The notes below the pieces were generated by a model, which had not been told where the DNA came from, did not search any database, and saw nothing but the letters and a program-made list of their open reading frames with translations. Positions 47,485 to 56,624 of a stretch of 64,000 bases of DNA are shown here, piece by piece (positions within the stretch are counted from its first letter, which is position 1; the number at the start of each line of letters is the position of its first letter). A program made the translations under genes and the position numbers. The DNA is from an uncultured bacterium (GTDB taxonomy: Bacteria > Chlamydiota > Chlamydiia > Chlamydiales > FEN-1388): contig CAZEQY010000008.1 of the NCBI GenBank assembly GCA_964514655.1, forward strand, positions 2,631-66,630, written 5' to 3'.

Positions 47485-48876
47485 ATGAATATACTACTTA
47501 TCCTTAGCTGCCTGGCAGCTTGCCTCACTTGCGAAGCAAAAAGCTTTTATCCAGATGCTCCAAGCGTCTATATCCCCTATTCTAACCAGGCAAGCAATAA
47601 ATCACCGCGAGTATACGTTGGCTTTGATGGCTCTAGCAACTATGTAGAGCTTATCATGGATACAGGCTCTGTAGGGCTTATTGTCTCAAAAGACATTTTC
47701 ACACCAAAATCTGATGCCAAAAATTTGGGCCCCGGGCGCCAGGTCTACACAAGTAGCGGTATTATTGAAGAGGGCACTTGGTGGACAGCTACTCAGCAGT
47801 TTTATGATAAAAATGGCACTCTTGTTGCAACAGCAGAAGTACCCGTATTGCAGGTAACCTCCATAAAATGTACAGCAGATGCCCGATCATGCACACCTAC
47901 AGATAACCCCAAAGGCGTTACTGTTATGGGTATTGGCTTTGCAAGAGAAAGCGCTGAGCAGCCTCTTGGCACGCCGGCATACAATGCCTTTTTAAACGTT
48001 ACAGGCATCGTGATAGATAACAAGCTTGAAAAACGCCCTGCAAACTGGTGTAACGGCTATGTCATATCACCAAATGGCGTACATCTTGGCCTCAATGCTG
48101 ATAACACTGGCAATGCCGGCTTTGTAAAGCTTGAGCCATGGCAAGAATTTTCTTCGACAGACCTTCCTGAATGGCATGCTGCCCCTATGACTCTTATACT
48201 TAATGGCACAGGCCAAGCGGGTAACATCCTGATGGATACCGGCGTTGATACAGCATTTGTATCACCCCCAAGTGGCTCAAATGTAGGCACGCTTGTACCA
48301 TGCCCTGATTCAGCCCGCGTTGAGTGCGCCCCAAACGGCGATCTTTTTGAAATCTACCTGCCGGATCAGGCAAATCCAGTAGCCTACTACCGATTTACGC
48401 TAGGCGACTCTAATAACCCGATGCAGCCAAATGGCGCACATGTCGTAAGTGATACAAATGTCTTTCTTAATACAAGCCGCCATGTACTAGATGGGATGAA
48501 CATCATCTACGACAACAAACATGGCTACATTGGCTATGTCTGGAATGAATTAAGCCCAGGTAGCGTAGGCTATGTAGATCCTGCTCAAGTAACTCCACGA
48601 GTTATCCTCACAGCATCTGAAAAGATCGTAAAGCCAACAGATAACGTGACAGTACTTGCTACTGTGCTTGGAGCTACACAAGATGGCACTCCTACAGGAG
48701 GCATCACCTTTATCATCGATAAAGTGCGAGAATATGTTCCACTCGACAGCAACGGCCAGGCCACACTATCTGTAAACTTCACCCATGACGGGACCTACAA
48801 AGTATGCGCAAGCTATTCTGGAGACTCTACATACACGCGCGCTTGCTCTAATCCGTGCAAGATTAAAGTGAAATAA
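47485..48876 (+). CDS. secreted bilobal pepsin-like (A1-like) aspartic protease with a C-terminal bacterial Ig-like domain
   Basis: 463 aa. Signal peptide MNILLILSCLAACLTCEA. Two catalytic-type motifs, ELIMDTGSVGLIV (D59, nt 47659) and NILMDTGVDTAFV (D251, nt 48235), lie 192 residues apart. VTVMGIGFARE is like pepsin's GILGLGY, and NVFLNTSRHVLDGMNIIYDNKHGYIGYV is like pepsin's VFIRQYYTVFDRANNKVGLA. The C-terminal ASYSGDSTYTRA is typical of Big_3-like Ig domains. Confidence 0.6.
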   Translation: MNILLILSCLAACLTCEAKSFYPDAPSVYIPYSNQASNKSPRVYVGFDGSSNYVELIMDTGSVGLIVSKDIFTPKSDAKNLGPGRQVYTSSGIIEEGTWWTATQQFYDKNGTLVATAEVPVLQVTSIKCTADARSCTPTDNPKGVTVMGIGFARESAEQPLGTPAYNAFLNVTGIVIDNKLEKRPANWCNGYVISPNGVHLGLNADNTGNAGFVKLEPWQEFSSTDLPEWHAAPMTLILNGTGQAGNILMDTGVDTAFVSPPSGSNVGTLVPCPDSARVECAPNGDLFEIYLPDQANPVAYYRFTLGDSNNPMQPNGAHVVSDTNVFLNTSRHVLDGMNIIYDNKHGYIGYVWNELSPGSVGYVDPAQVTPRVILTASEKIVKPTDNVTVLATVLGATQDGTPTGGITFIIDKVREYVPLDSNGQATLSVNFTHDGTYKVCASYSGDSTYTRACSNPCKIKVK

Positions 48877-48920
48877 GTAGGGGTGTTCCACACCTATTTT
48901 GCAAAGCGCCCTGCACGATA

Positions 48921-48992
48921 TATACCCATTCAAGTTCAATCGCGGGACTTTCGCGCAGCAAAAAAACCACCTATTGAACTTGAATGGGTATA
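48921..48992. repeat. perfect 20-bp inverted repeat element, family E
   Basis: tatacccattcaagttcaat (48921-48940) and attgaacttgaatgggtata (48973-48992) flank a 32-nt spacer. The 23-mer gatatatacccattcaagttcaa recurs at 59735-59757. Confidence 0.85.
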
Positions 48993-49088
48993 ACAGCATA
49001 CGAAAAAAATGCCCAAAGTAGCTTTGCAGACTTTGAGCACTGGGTAAGAAGGCTTGTCAAAGACAAACAATCCCTTTTTATCATGTAG

Positions 49089-49655
49089 TTAGACGCGTGA
49101 GACGTATTCGCCGGTGCGTGTGTCAACGCGCACTTTTTCGCCCTGTTCCACGAAAATTGGCACCTGAATTTTTGCGCCAGTTTCGACGATTGCTGGCTTA
49201 AGAACACGGCCAGAAGCTGTGTCACCGCGCACGCCTGGGGATGTTTCTGTGATGATAAGATCTAAGAATGTTGGCGGCTCAACAGTGATTGGCTCGCCCC
49301 TGTAGAAGATGATTTCATAAACGAGGTCTTCTTTTAGCCATTTGTCATTGTCTGCAATTTGAGCATTCATGATTTTGACTTGCTCAAAGCTATTATCGTC
49401 CATAAAGACTACACCATCTGATTCTTTATACAACAGACGCATATCAGACTCTGTAACGTCAGCTACATCGAGCTTGTCGCCAGACTTAAAGGTTCGTTCA
49501 ATAACTCTACCTGTCATAAGGTGTTTGAGCTTTACGCGGTTAAAGGCTTGGCCTTTGCCTGGTTTTACAAACTCGTTGCTTACGATAGTGTAGGGCTGTC
49601 CTTCCATTTCGACTTTGATGCCTGACTTAAATTCGTTGGTGCTAATTTGCGCCAT
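49089..49655 (-). CDS. efp: elongation factor P
   Basis: MAQISTNEFKSGIKVEMEGQPYTIVSNEFVKPGKGQAFNRVKLKHL is the canonical EF-P N-terminus with the KPGKG loop. ATG at 49655; the longer ORF to 49667 begins with GTG. Confidence 0.95.
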   Translation of the reverse strand: MAQISTNEFKSGIKVEMEGQPYTIVSNEFVKPGKGQAFNRVKLKHLMTGRVIERTFKSGDKLDVADVTESDMRLLYKESDGVVFMDDNSFEQVKIMNAQIADNDKWLKEDLVYEIIFYRGEPITVEPPTFLDLIITETSPGVRGDTASGRVLKPAIVETGAKIQVPIFVEQGEKVRVDTRTGEYVSRV

Positions 49656-49774
49656 ATCCATTCCCACGGTTATAAGGTTGAAGCAATACTATACAGCATC
49701 TGCCTATTTTTTCCCCAAAAAAACCCTTGCAAACCATATAGAATTTCGTTTATTGACACATAAAAAGGTGAAGC

Positions 49775-50584
49775 ATGCTTACAAGCGACGAATTTTATCA
49801 TGAAACTGAACAGCGCAGAAGATTTGCGTTAGATACACTAGAGCGCTATTCAGGCTCGAGCATCGACCAATTTCAGCCCTGGATTTTGCTTACAAACTTT
49901 CCCCGCTATGTAGATGCCTTTGCTCATAAGTATAAATGCCCCATCGTCGAAGGATCCATGTTTAAGGTCTGCCACTGCAAAAAAGAGGGCATTACTATGC
50001 TCGACTTTAAAATTGGCTCTCCGGCTGCTGCCTTAGTAATGGACCTTTGCGCATTTTTGCCTTGCTATGCCATGGTACTTCTTGGCATGTGCGGAGGCCT
50101 ACGAGAAGACTATAAAGTTGGCGAATACTTTGTACCTGTTGCTGCAATACGCGGCGATGGCACGTCTGATTTTTACTTTCCCCCAGAAGTTCCTGCCATG
50201 GCCAATTTTACAGTCCAAAAGGAAGTATCGGCCTATTTAGAAAAAAACAAAATACACTACCACATCGGCATCACGCACACGACAAACAAGCGCTTTTGGG
50301 AATTTAACCCAGACTTTAGAAAGCGCCTGCAAGAGACCCGCCCGCAGGTTGTTGAGATGGAATGCGCCACACTATTTGCTGCAAGCTATGCCCACCGTTT
50401 GCCGCTTGGAGCCTTGTTGCTTATTTCTGACCTTCCCGTAAAGCCAAGAGGCTTTAAAACTAAGCGATCGAGCGAAATGGTCTTTTCTAAATTTATGCCT
50501 GAGCATATAGATATTGGAGTGAGTATCCTCAAAAAACTCGATAAAGTGCCAAGACTTAAAGAATACCGCAAACATGTTCACTAG
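49775..50584 (+). CDS. amn: AMP nucleosidase, short catalytic-domain-only form (PNP_UDP_1 fold)
   Basis: 269 aa. ILLTNFPRYVDAF, IGSPAAALVMDL, LLGMCGGLRE and VEMECATLFAASYAHRLPLGALLLISDLP parallel the C-terminal catalytic domain of E. coli Amn. Confidence 0.72.
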   Translation: MLTSDEFYHETEQRRRFALDTLERYSGSSIDQFQPWILLTNFPRYVDAFAHKYKCPIVEGSMFKVCHCKKEGITMLDFKIGSPAAALVMDLCAFLPCYAMVLLGMCGGLREDYKVGEYFVPVAAIRGDGTSDFYFPPEVPAMANFTVQKEVSAYLEKNKIHYHIGITHTTNKRFWEFNPDFRKRLQETRPQVVEMECATLFAASYAHRLPLGALLLISDLPVKPRGFKTKRSSEMVFSKFMPEHIDIGVSILKKLDKVPRLKEYRKHVH

Positions 50585-51389
50585 ATTTGTAGCAATACTA
50601 CTGCTCTATGCATCACTATCTCTAGACGCCAAAATGCCCGGTCAATCGGATTTTGTTGTCGTGATTGCCTCATATAACAACGAAAAATACTGTATCGGCA
50701 ACCTAGAGTCACTTGTCAAGCAGACATACCCCTTCTGGAGAGCTATCTACATTAACGACTGTTCAACGGATAAAACTGGCGAGCTTGTGGAAAAGTTTGT
50801 TCAAGAGCGCAAGATGGGCCATAAAATCAAAGTCGTCCACAACAAAACGAACGTGGGAGCTATGGCAAACTTTTATAAGTGGATCCACACGATAGATCCG
50901 GAGCATATTGTGGTGCATTTAGATGGGGATGATCGCCTCGCACACCCTATGGTTTTAGAAAGACTTGCCTATGTATATGCTGATAAAAACGTGTGGATGA
51001 CCTATGGAAGCTATAGACCAGAGCCTGATGACTATGTACGGGTATGTAAGCCATTTCCGGACTGGGTTATTAAGAAAAACGCCTTTAGAGAGTATGACTG
51101 GACAGCATCTCACCTAAAAACCTACTATGCAAAACTCTTTCATAATGTAAAGAGAAGGCAATTTATTCATGATGGAAGGTTTGTTCCTATGGCGTGCGAC
51201 CTTGCCATCATGTTTCCTATATTAGAGCAGTCTTCAAAAGGCCATATACGCTATATCCCTGAAGAGCTCTACATCTATAATTACACAACACCAATCAATG
51301 ATATTAAGAAAAACCTATCTCTGCTATTAGAACTTGATAAGCAAATACGCAAAAAAAGCCGATACAAACCATTAAATAAATTATTTTAA
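50574..51389 (+). CDS. signal-anchored family 2 glycosyltransferase (paralog 1)
   Basis: 271 aa. Hydrophobic leader MFTRFVAILLLYASLSLDA. GT-A motifs VVVIASYNNEKY...YINDCSTDKTGELV and HLDGDDRL (DxD). Confidence 0.7.
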   Translation: MFTRFVAILLLYASLSLDAKMPGQSDFVVVIASYNNEKYCIGNLESLVKQTYPFWRAIYINDCSTDKTGELVEKFVQERKMGHKIKVVHNKTNVGAMANFYKWIHTIDPEHIVVHLDGDDRLAHPMVLERLAYVYADKNVWMTYGSYRPEPDDYVRVCKPFPDWVIKKNAFREYDWTASHLKTYYAKLFHNVKRRQFIHDGRFVPMACDLAIMFPILEQSSKGHIRYIPEELYIYNYTTPINDIKKNLSLLLELDKQIRKKSRYKPLNKLF

Positions 51390-52222
51390 TGAAAAGCGCC
51401 CTCACTCTCATCTTCCTCTCGCTTGCAAGTTGGCTATCTGCTGCCTTTCACGTGCTGCCCGGCGATATTGATATCGTTGTTGTCATATGCTCCTACAACA
51501 ACGAACGCTTTGCTGAAGAAAACCTAAAGTCTGTGTTTAAACAGGAATATCCCAAATGGCAGCTTATCTACATGAACGATGCCTCTACAGATAAGACAGG
51601 CGCTGTGGTAGAAAGCTTGGTCCACAAATACAAAAAGACAAAGCAGGTAGTAGTCGTTCACAACAAAGAGCGAAAAGGGGCCATGTACAACCTCTATCAT
51701 GCAATCAACGCCGTTCCTGCTCACAAAGTTATTGTGCAGCTAGATGGCGATGACTGGCTAAAAGACAAAAAGGTGCTTGGTAGAATTGCTGAAATCTATC
51801 GCAACAAATCAGTCTGGATGAGCTATGGCAACTATGAATCTTTCCCAAAAAATGCTCCTGGCTGGCATAACGACTCATGTCATGCATTTCCCGAAGAGGT
51901 GATTCAAAATCGCACGTTTAGGGACTATACATGGGTTGCCTACCCGTTACGAACCTTCTACGCCAAGCTTTTTCACAACATCAAAGAAAGTGACCTCAAG
52001 TATAAAGGCCAGTTTTTCCCTGTAGTCTCAGATACAGGCATGATGCACCCTATGTTTGAAATGGCATCAGAAGGTCACATCCACTTTGAAAAAAAGGTCC
52101 TCTACATCTACCGCGTAAATACGGGCCAAAATGACTTTGCCGTGCGAAAACCCCTCATGGATGAGGTGTCGGCACATATTAAATTGTTACCAAAGTATCC
52201 ACCACTTAAACAACTATTTTAA
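51389..52222 (+). CDS. signal-anchored family 2 glycosyltransferase (paralog 2)
   Basis: 277 aa. The start overlaps the previous stop (TAATG). IVVVICSYNNERF...YMNDASTDKTGAVV and QLDGDDWL. Clearly paralogous to the previous gene, including the C-terminal KPLNKLF / PPLKQLF. Confidence 0.7.
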   Translation: MKSALTLIFLSLASWLSAAFHVLPGDIDIVVVICSYNNERFAEENLKSVFKQEYPKWQLIYMNDASTDKTGAVVESLVHKYKKTKQVVVVHNKERKGAMYNLYHAINAVPAHKVIVQLDGDDWLKDKKVLGRIAEIYRNKSVWMSYGNYESFPKNAPGWHNDSCHAFPEEVIQNRTFRDYTWVAYPLRTFYAKLFHNIKESDLKYKGQFFPVVSDTGMMHPMFEMASEGHIHFEKKVLYIYRVNTGQNDFAVRKPLMDEVSAHIKLLPKYPPLKQLF

Positions 52223-52224
52223 TT

Positions 52225-53279
52225 ATGAAGTATATACTTATCTGCCTCTTGGCCCTTATGCTACAGCTAGATGGCCGCGAAATGAAGATCAACTATGAAA
52301 GCTGGAGTAAACAGCAGGTTGATATCGTTGTCTTTTCTTTTGACAGACCAATGCAGCTTTATGCCTTTTTGGAGTCGGTGGAAGCCTATGTTACAAACCC
52401 TCATCTCATTCATGTCATCTACCGCTGCACAGATAAGCGCTTTGAAAAGGGCTATGACATAGTTTTTGAGCGCTTCCCCTACGTACAAGGACATATACAA
52501 GGCAAAAATCCACAAAAGGACTTTAAGCAACTTTGCCTTAAAAGCATCTACACCAGAAAATCAAAGTCCCCCTACATTATGTTTGCAGTAGATGACATCG
52601 TGATGACAGACAAAGTTGACCTTGTAGAATGCACAAAAGCACTTAAGAAATATAACTCATGGTTTTTTTCACTACGTCTTGGCAAAAACATCTCCCACAA
52701 CCCACTCTCAATTGCAACATCGCTAGAGCCTGTATTTGTTGGCGTGCCGGCAGGTAAAGAGTTACGAAACAACATGTTTAGCTGGAAATTTACTGACCCT
52801 ACGGCAAAAGGCAGCTGGAACTACCCTAACTCTACTGACGTTACCATCTACCGCAAAAAAGCCCTAAAGCGCTTTTTCAAAAAGGCAAGCTACACAAACC
52901 CCAACACATTAGAGGCCGAATGGCACTGGAACTGGCAACCTCGCAACAAAAAAGGCCTTTGCTACCAGCATTCAAAGGCAGTAAACATACCCCTAAACGT
53001 AGTAAATCCCTACTGGCAAAGTGCCAACGTCAACATCTCCACGTGGCAGCTACTTGAAAAATTTGTAAATGGCGAAAAAATTGACATCACAAAATTGCAT
53101 AAGCTAGAACACAACGCCACACACATCCCTTTTGAGCCAACATTTGTGCCAATAGATCAAAAGATCTCACATAAAAAGCTGCCAAAAAACTCTGTAGCAC
53201 TACCGCCACCACCTGTTGAAGAGCCCCCTCAAACCAACCCCACAACCCAATGGATTCAAGATCAGCTTAAAACATTGGG

Positions 53280-53283
<4 letters not shown>
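52225..53283 (+). CDS. signal-anchored putative GT-A-fold glycosyltransferase with a Pro-rich C-terminal tail
   Basis: 352 aa. Leader MKYILICLLALMLQLDG. VDIVVFSFDRPMQLYAFLESV and IMFAVDDIVMT (DxD-like). Tail LPPPPVEEPPQTNP. The fold assignment is tentative. Confidence 0.35.
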
Positions 53284-54269
<986 letters not shown>

Positions 54270-54318
54270 GTCTTTTCTCTCATTTTTTGAGAACTATAGC
54301 ACATGCCAAAGGCATTTT

Positions 54319-54549
54319 TCAATAAAGACTAATGCCTGCTTGATGCCAGCGCACTAAGTTTAGGTAGGCATCCTCATAGACGTGGCCTTTAAAGCGCCCC
54401 TCTTCGAACCCCTGCTGCCAAATATAGCTCTGTATTGCCTTTACAATAGGCCCACTTGGCTTGCCAAATGGAGTTGAAATGTCAAGAGTTTCAAGAACAG
54501 TCACTTTATCAAACTTTTCAAAGCCTGAACCGCCGACTATTGCCCACAT
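54319..54549 (-). pseudogene. chimeric remnant: MTAP (mtnP) N-terminus fused to an internal fragment of enolase-phosphatase (mtnC)
   Basis: 76-aa ORF. MWAIVGGSGFEKFDKVTVLETLDISTPFGKPSGPIV matches the MTA phosphorylase N-terminus (IIGGTGL...VDTPFGKPS). IQSYIWQQGFEEGRFKGHVYEDAYLNLVRWHQAGISLY matches the MtnC/E1 segment (LQGxIWxxGYxxGxxKGHVYxDVxxxLxxWxxxGxxxYIYSSGS) and stops before the YSSGS motif. Confidence 0.6.
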
Positions 54550-55595
54550 TGTGCAATTTCCTCTGCTGATAGATTGCCCTGTTCTGTGATGTAGCTTGTA
54601 ACAAGATCGTGGGGCGTTACATCAAATGCCGGGTTATATACAGGGGCATTTTTTGGGGTCCATGTCACATCGCCAAAGCTGCCATGGGCGCCTCGCACCT
54701 CTTCTGCTGATCGCTGTTCAATATGAATAGCATCGCCATTTGGGCAGGCATGGTCAATAGTTGTGTACGGAGCAACAACGTGGAAAGGAACATTGTGAAA
54801 CTTTGCAAGAACAGCAACAGAATAGGTGCCGATTTTATTGGCAAAATCACCATTATGGGCAATGCGATCAGCCCCTAAAAACACTCTTGAGATCTTGCCG
54901 CTTTTCATGAGAGAAGCTGCCATATTGTCGCAAATCAGCGTGTAGGGAATGCCATTTTTTTCTAATTCCCAAGCAGTTAGTCTTCCGCCTTGTAGTAAAG
55001 GGCGAGTCTCGCAGGCATAGACGTGGATCTTTTTTCCTTGCTCATGAGCAGTCTTCAACACGCTAAAAGCTGTACCAATACCCGCTGTTGCAAGAGCGCC
55101 CGTATTGCAATAGGTAAGAATGGCTTCACCTTCGCCCACAAGATCAGCACCTACTTTTCCCATCTGTAGGCACATGGCAACATCTTCTAAAAAGATAGCC
55201 TCCGCTTCTTGAATAATCGCCTGTTGTGGATCTTTACTAGCTCTAGCTGCATTCATAACGCGATCAATACAGGCAGCAAGGTTTACAGCTGTTGGTCTTG
55301 CTAGAGCTAAGAGCTTTGCCTTTTCTTCTATATCAGCAAGAGATGCGCCCTCTTCAGCAATCTGAGCAAGTGCTAAAGCAGCTGATACACCAATAAGAGG
55401 GGCACCACGCACTTTTAGTGCACGAATTATCTCTACCATATGCTCTGGAGATTGAACAGACACCCATTCTTCTTTACCAGGAAGAAGCTGCTGGTCAAGT
55501 ATAGAAAGCTTGCCCTTTTCATATTTAATAGAAGGCGATTCAAGCGCCCCAACTGAAGAAACTACTGCCAGTAATCCAAGTACCATAAATTTCAT
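54537..55595 (-). CDS. mtnA: methylthioribose-1-phosphate isomerase (eIF-2B alpha/beta/delta family) with a signal-peptide-like N-terminal extension
   Basis: 352 aa. KLSILDQQLLPGKEEWV, VRGAPLIGV, TAVNL, LTYCNTGALAT, ETRPLLQGGRLTAWEL and GADRIAHNGDFANKIGTY are MtnA hallmarks. The ATG at 55595 is preceded by AGAGGGA. The leader is MKFMVLGLLAVVSSVGALESP. Confidence 0.88.
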   Translation of the reverse strand: MKFMVLGLLAVVSSVGALESPSIKYEKGKLSILDQQLLPGKEEWVSVQSPEHMVEIIRALKVRGAPLIGVSAALALAQIAEEGASLADIEEKAKLLALARPTAVNLAACIDRVMNAARASKDPQQAIIQEAEAIFLEDVAMCLQMGKVGADLVGEGEAILTYCNTGALATAGIGTAFSVLKTAHEQGKKIHVYACETRPLLQGGRLTAWELEKNGIPYTLICDNMAASLMKSGKISRVFLGADRIAHNGDFANKIGTYSVAVLAKFHNVPFHVVAPYTTIDHACPNGDAIHIEQRSAEEVRGAHGSFGDVTWTPKNAPVYNPAFDVTPHDLVTSYITEQGNLSAEEIAQCGQ

Positions 55596-55661
55596 TTATT
55601 CCCTCTAATAAAAAGGAATTATCTTATAGGTACATAAAAAAGCGGTCAAGAGTATATGGCA

Positions 55662-56001
55662 TTAGCATTACCCATTTTTTCAAAACTTAGCTTTGCCATG
55701 TCTTTCCGGCGGCAGCTGGAGGACAGCTTTAGCCCCGTGTGAAATGAAAGGCCGTTTAGGCGTGTAATGGAACGCGGGGTTTGGCATGCCCCCACATAAA
55801 GAGCTGCGGTGGCAGCGAAACAAAGCCTATATAATTTTTGTTTCGCTGCTGCCGCAGCTCTCTATCATATGACATACCGGTACCCCGCGTTCCACTTCAA
55901 ACCTACCGGCTTTTCGCTTCACACGGGGCTAAAAGCAGTGCTCCAGCTACCGCCGGAAAGACATGGCAAAGCTAAGTTTTGAAAAAAATGGGTAATGCTA
56001 A
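55662..56001. repeat. 340-bp nested palindromic element, family B
   Basis: The outer ~82-bp arms (55662-55743 ttagcattacccattttttcaaaacttagctttgccatgtctttccggcggcagctgga... and 55918-56001) are near-perfect reverse complements. The inner pair is ggaacgcggggt / accccgcgttcc. The central 24-bp pair is gagctgcggtggcagcgaaacaaa / tttgtttcgctgctgccgcagctc (55801-55860). Confidence 0.88.
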
Positions 56002-56172
56002 GGGCAGCGCCCTAGGTGTGCTGTAAAGAGGAATGCCATGCCTTCATCCTAAAAAAACACAAGCCCCTATCAACAACGATGAATTCTTTATATTCTTATC
56101 TCGAAGCGAAGTTGAGTTTCTTTAAAATTGTCTTTTCTGCTAACCTTAAAAATCTAATTTTGAGAGACAAAC

Positions 56173-56583
56173 ATGCCGAGTACAGCAATAAATACACTTC
56201 AGCAGGCCCTTGAGCGCGGCATGGCAAATCGTCCCAAGGTGGGCGGATTTCCCTATCTTGCTGAAGCCCTACGTCAAGCTGGAGTACAATACAATCACTG
56301 GCACCTACCCGCCTGCACAAGCATCTACATTCTCGATAAAGGTACTGTTGTCAACCAAGGCAGTCCATTAATTGATGGAATGACCCAGCTTGCTCCATTT
56401 GATCAAGAGTCGTTGATTAACGCTCTTCGTACCGACCAGGCAGGAAAGAGCACCTTTGCAGAATTTCTTCGTGCCGCCTGGAATGCAGGCGTCACAAGCT
56501 ATACCGTTGACTTCACTAAGCGCACGGTAAGCTATTACGGCATTAACGGCGAATGTTATACTGAAGAATATCCAAAAATCTAA
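56173..56583 (+). CDS. DUF1398-like small protein
   Basis: 136 aa. GGFPYLAEALRQAGVQYNHW...STFAEFLRAAWNAGVTSYTVDFTKRTVSYYG resembles my memory of the DUF1398 (YbcV/YdfO-like) pattern. Tentative. Confidence 0.45.
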   Translation: MPSTAINTLQQALERGMANRPKVGGFPYLAEALRQAGVQYNHWHLPACTSIYILDKGTVVNQGSPLIDGMTQLAPFDQESLINALRTDQAGKSTFAEFLRAAWNAGVTSYTVDFTKRTVSYYGINGECYTEEYPKI

Positions 56584-56624
56584 ACGCTAGCCACCAATTT
56601 TTGCAACGGGCAGACCCTGTACCA

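Noticed and set aside
48766-49225. ORFs 48766..48999 and 48971..49225 on the minus strand between the protease gene and efp.
   Set aside because: They span the family E palindrome and the efp 3' end. The peptide LNLNGYIS is repeat-encoded, and it reappears in another spurious ORF at 59736-59760.
56016-56320. ORFs 56016..56213 (+) and 56096..56320 (-) next to the family B palindrome.
   Set aside because: They are short, overlap each other and the better-supported gene at 56173..56583, and have no SD or recognisable motifs.
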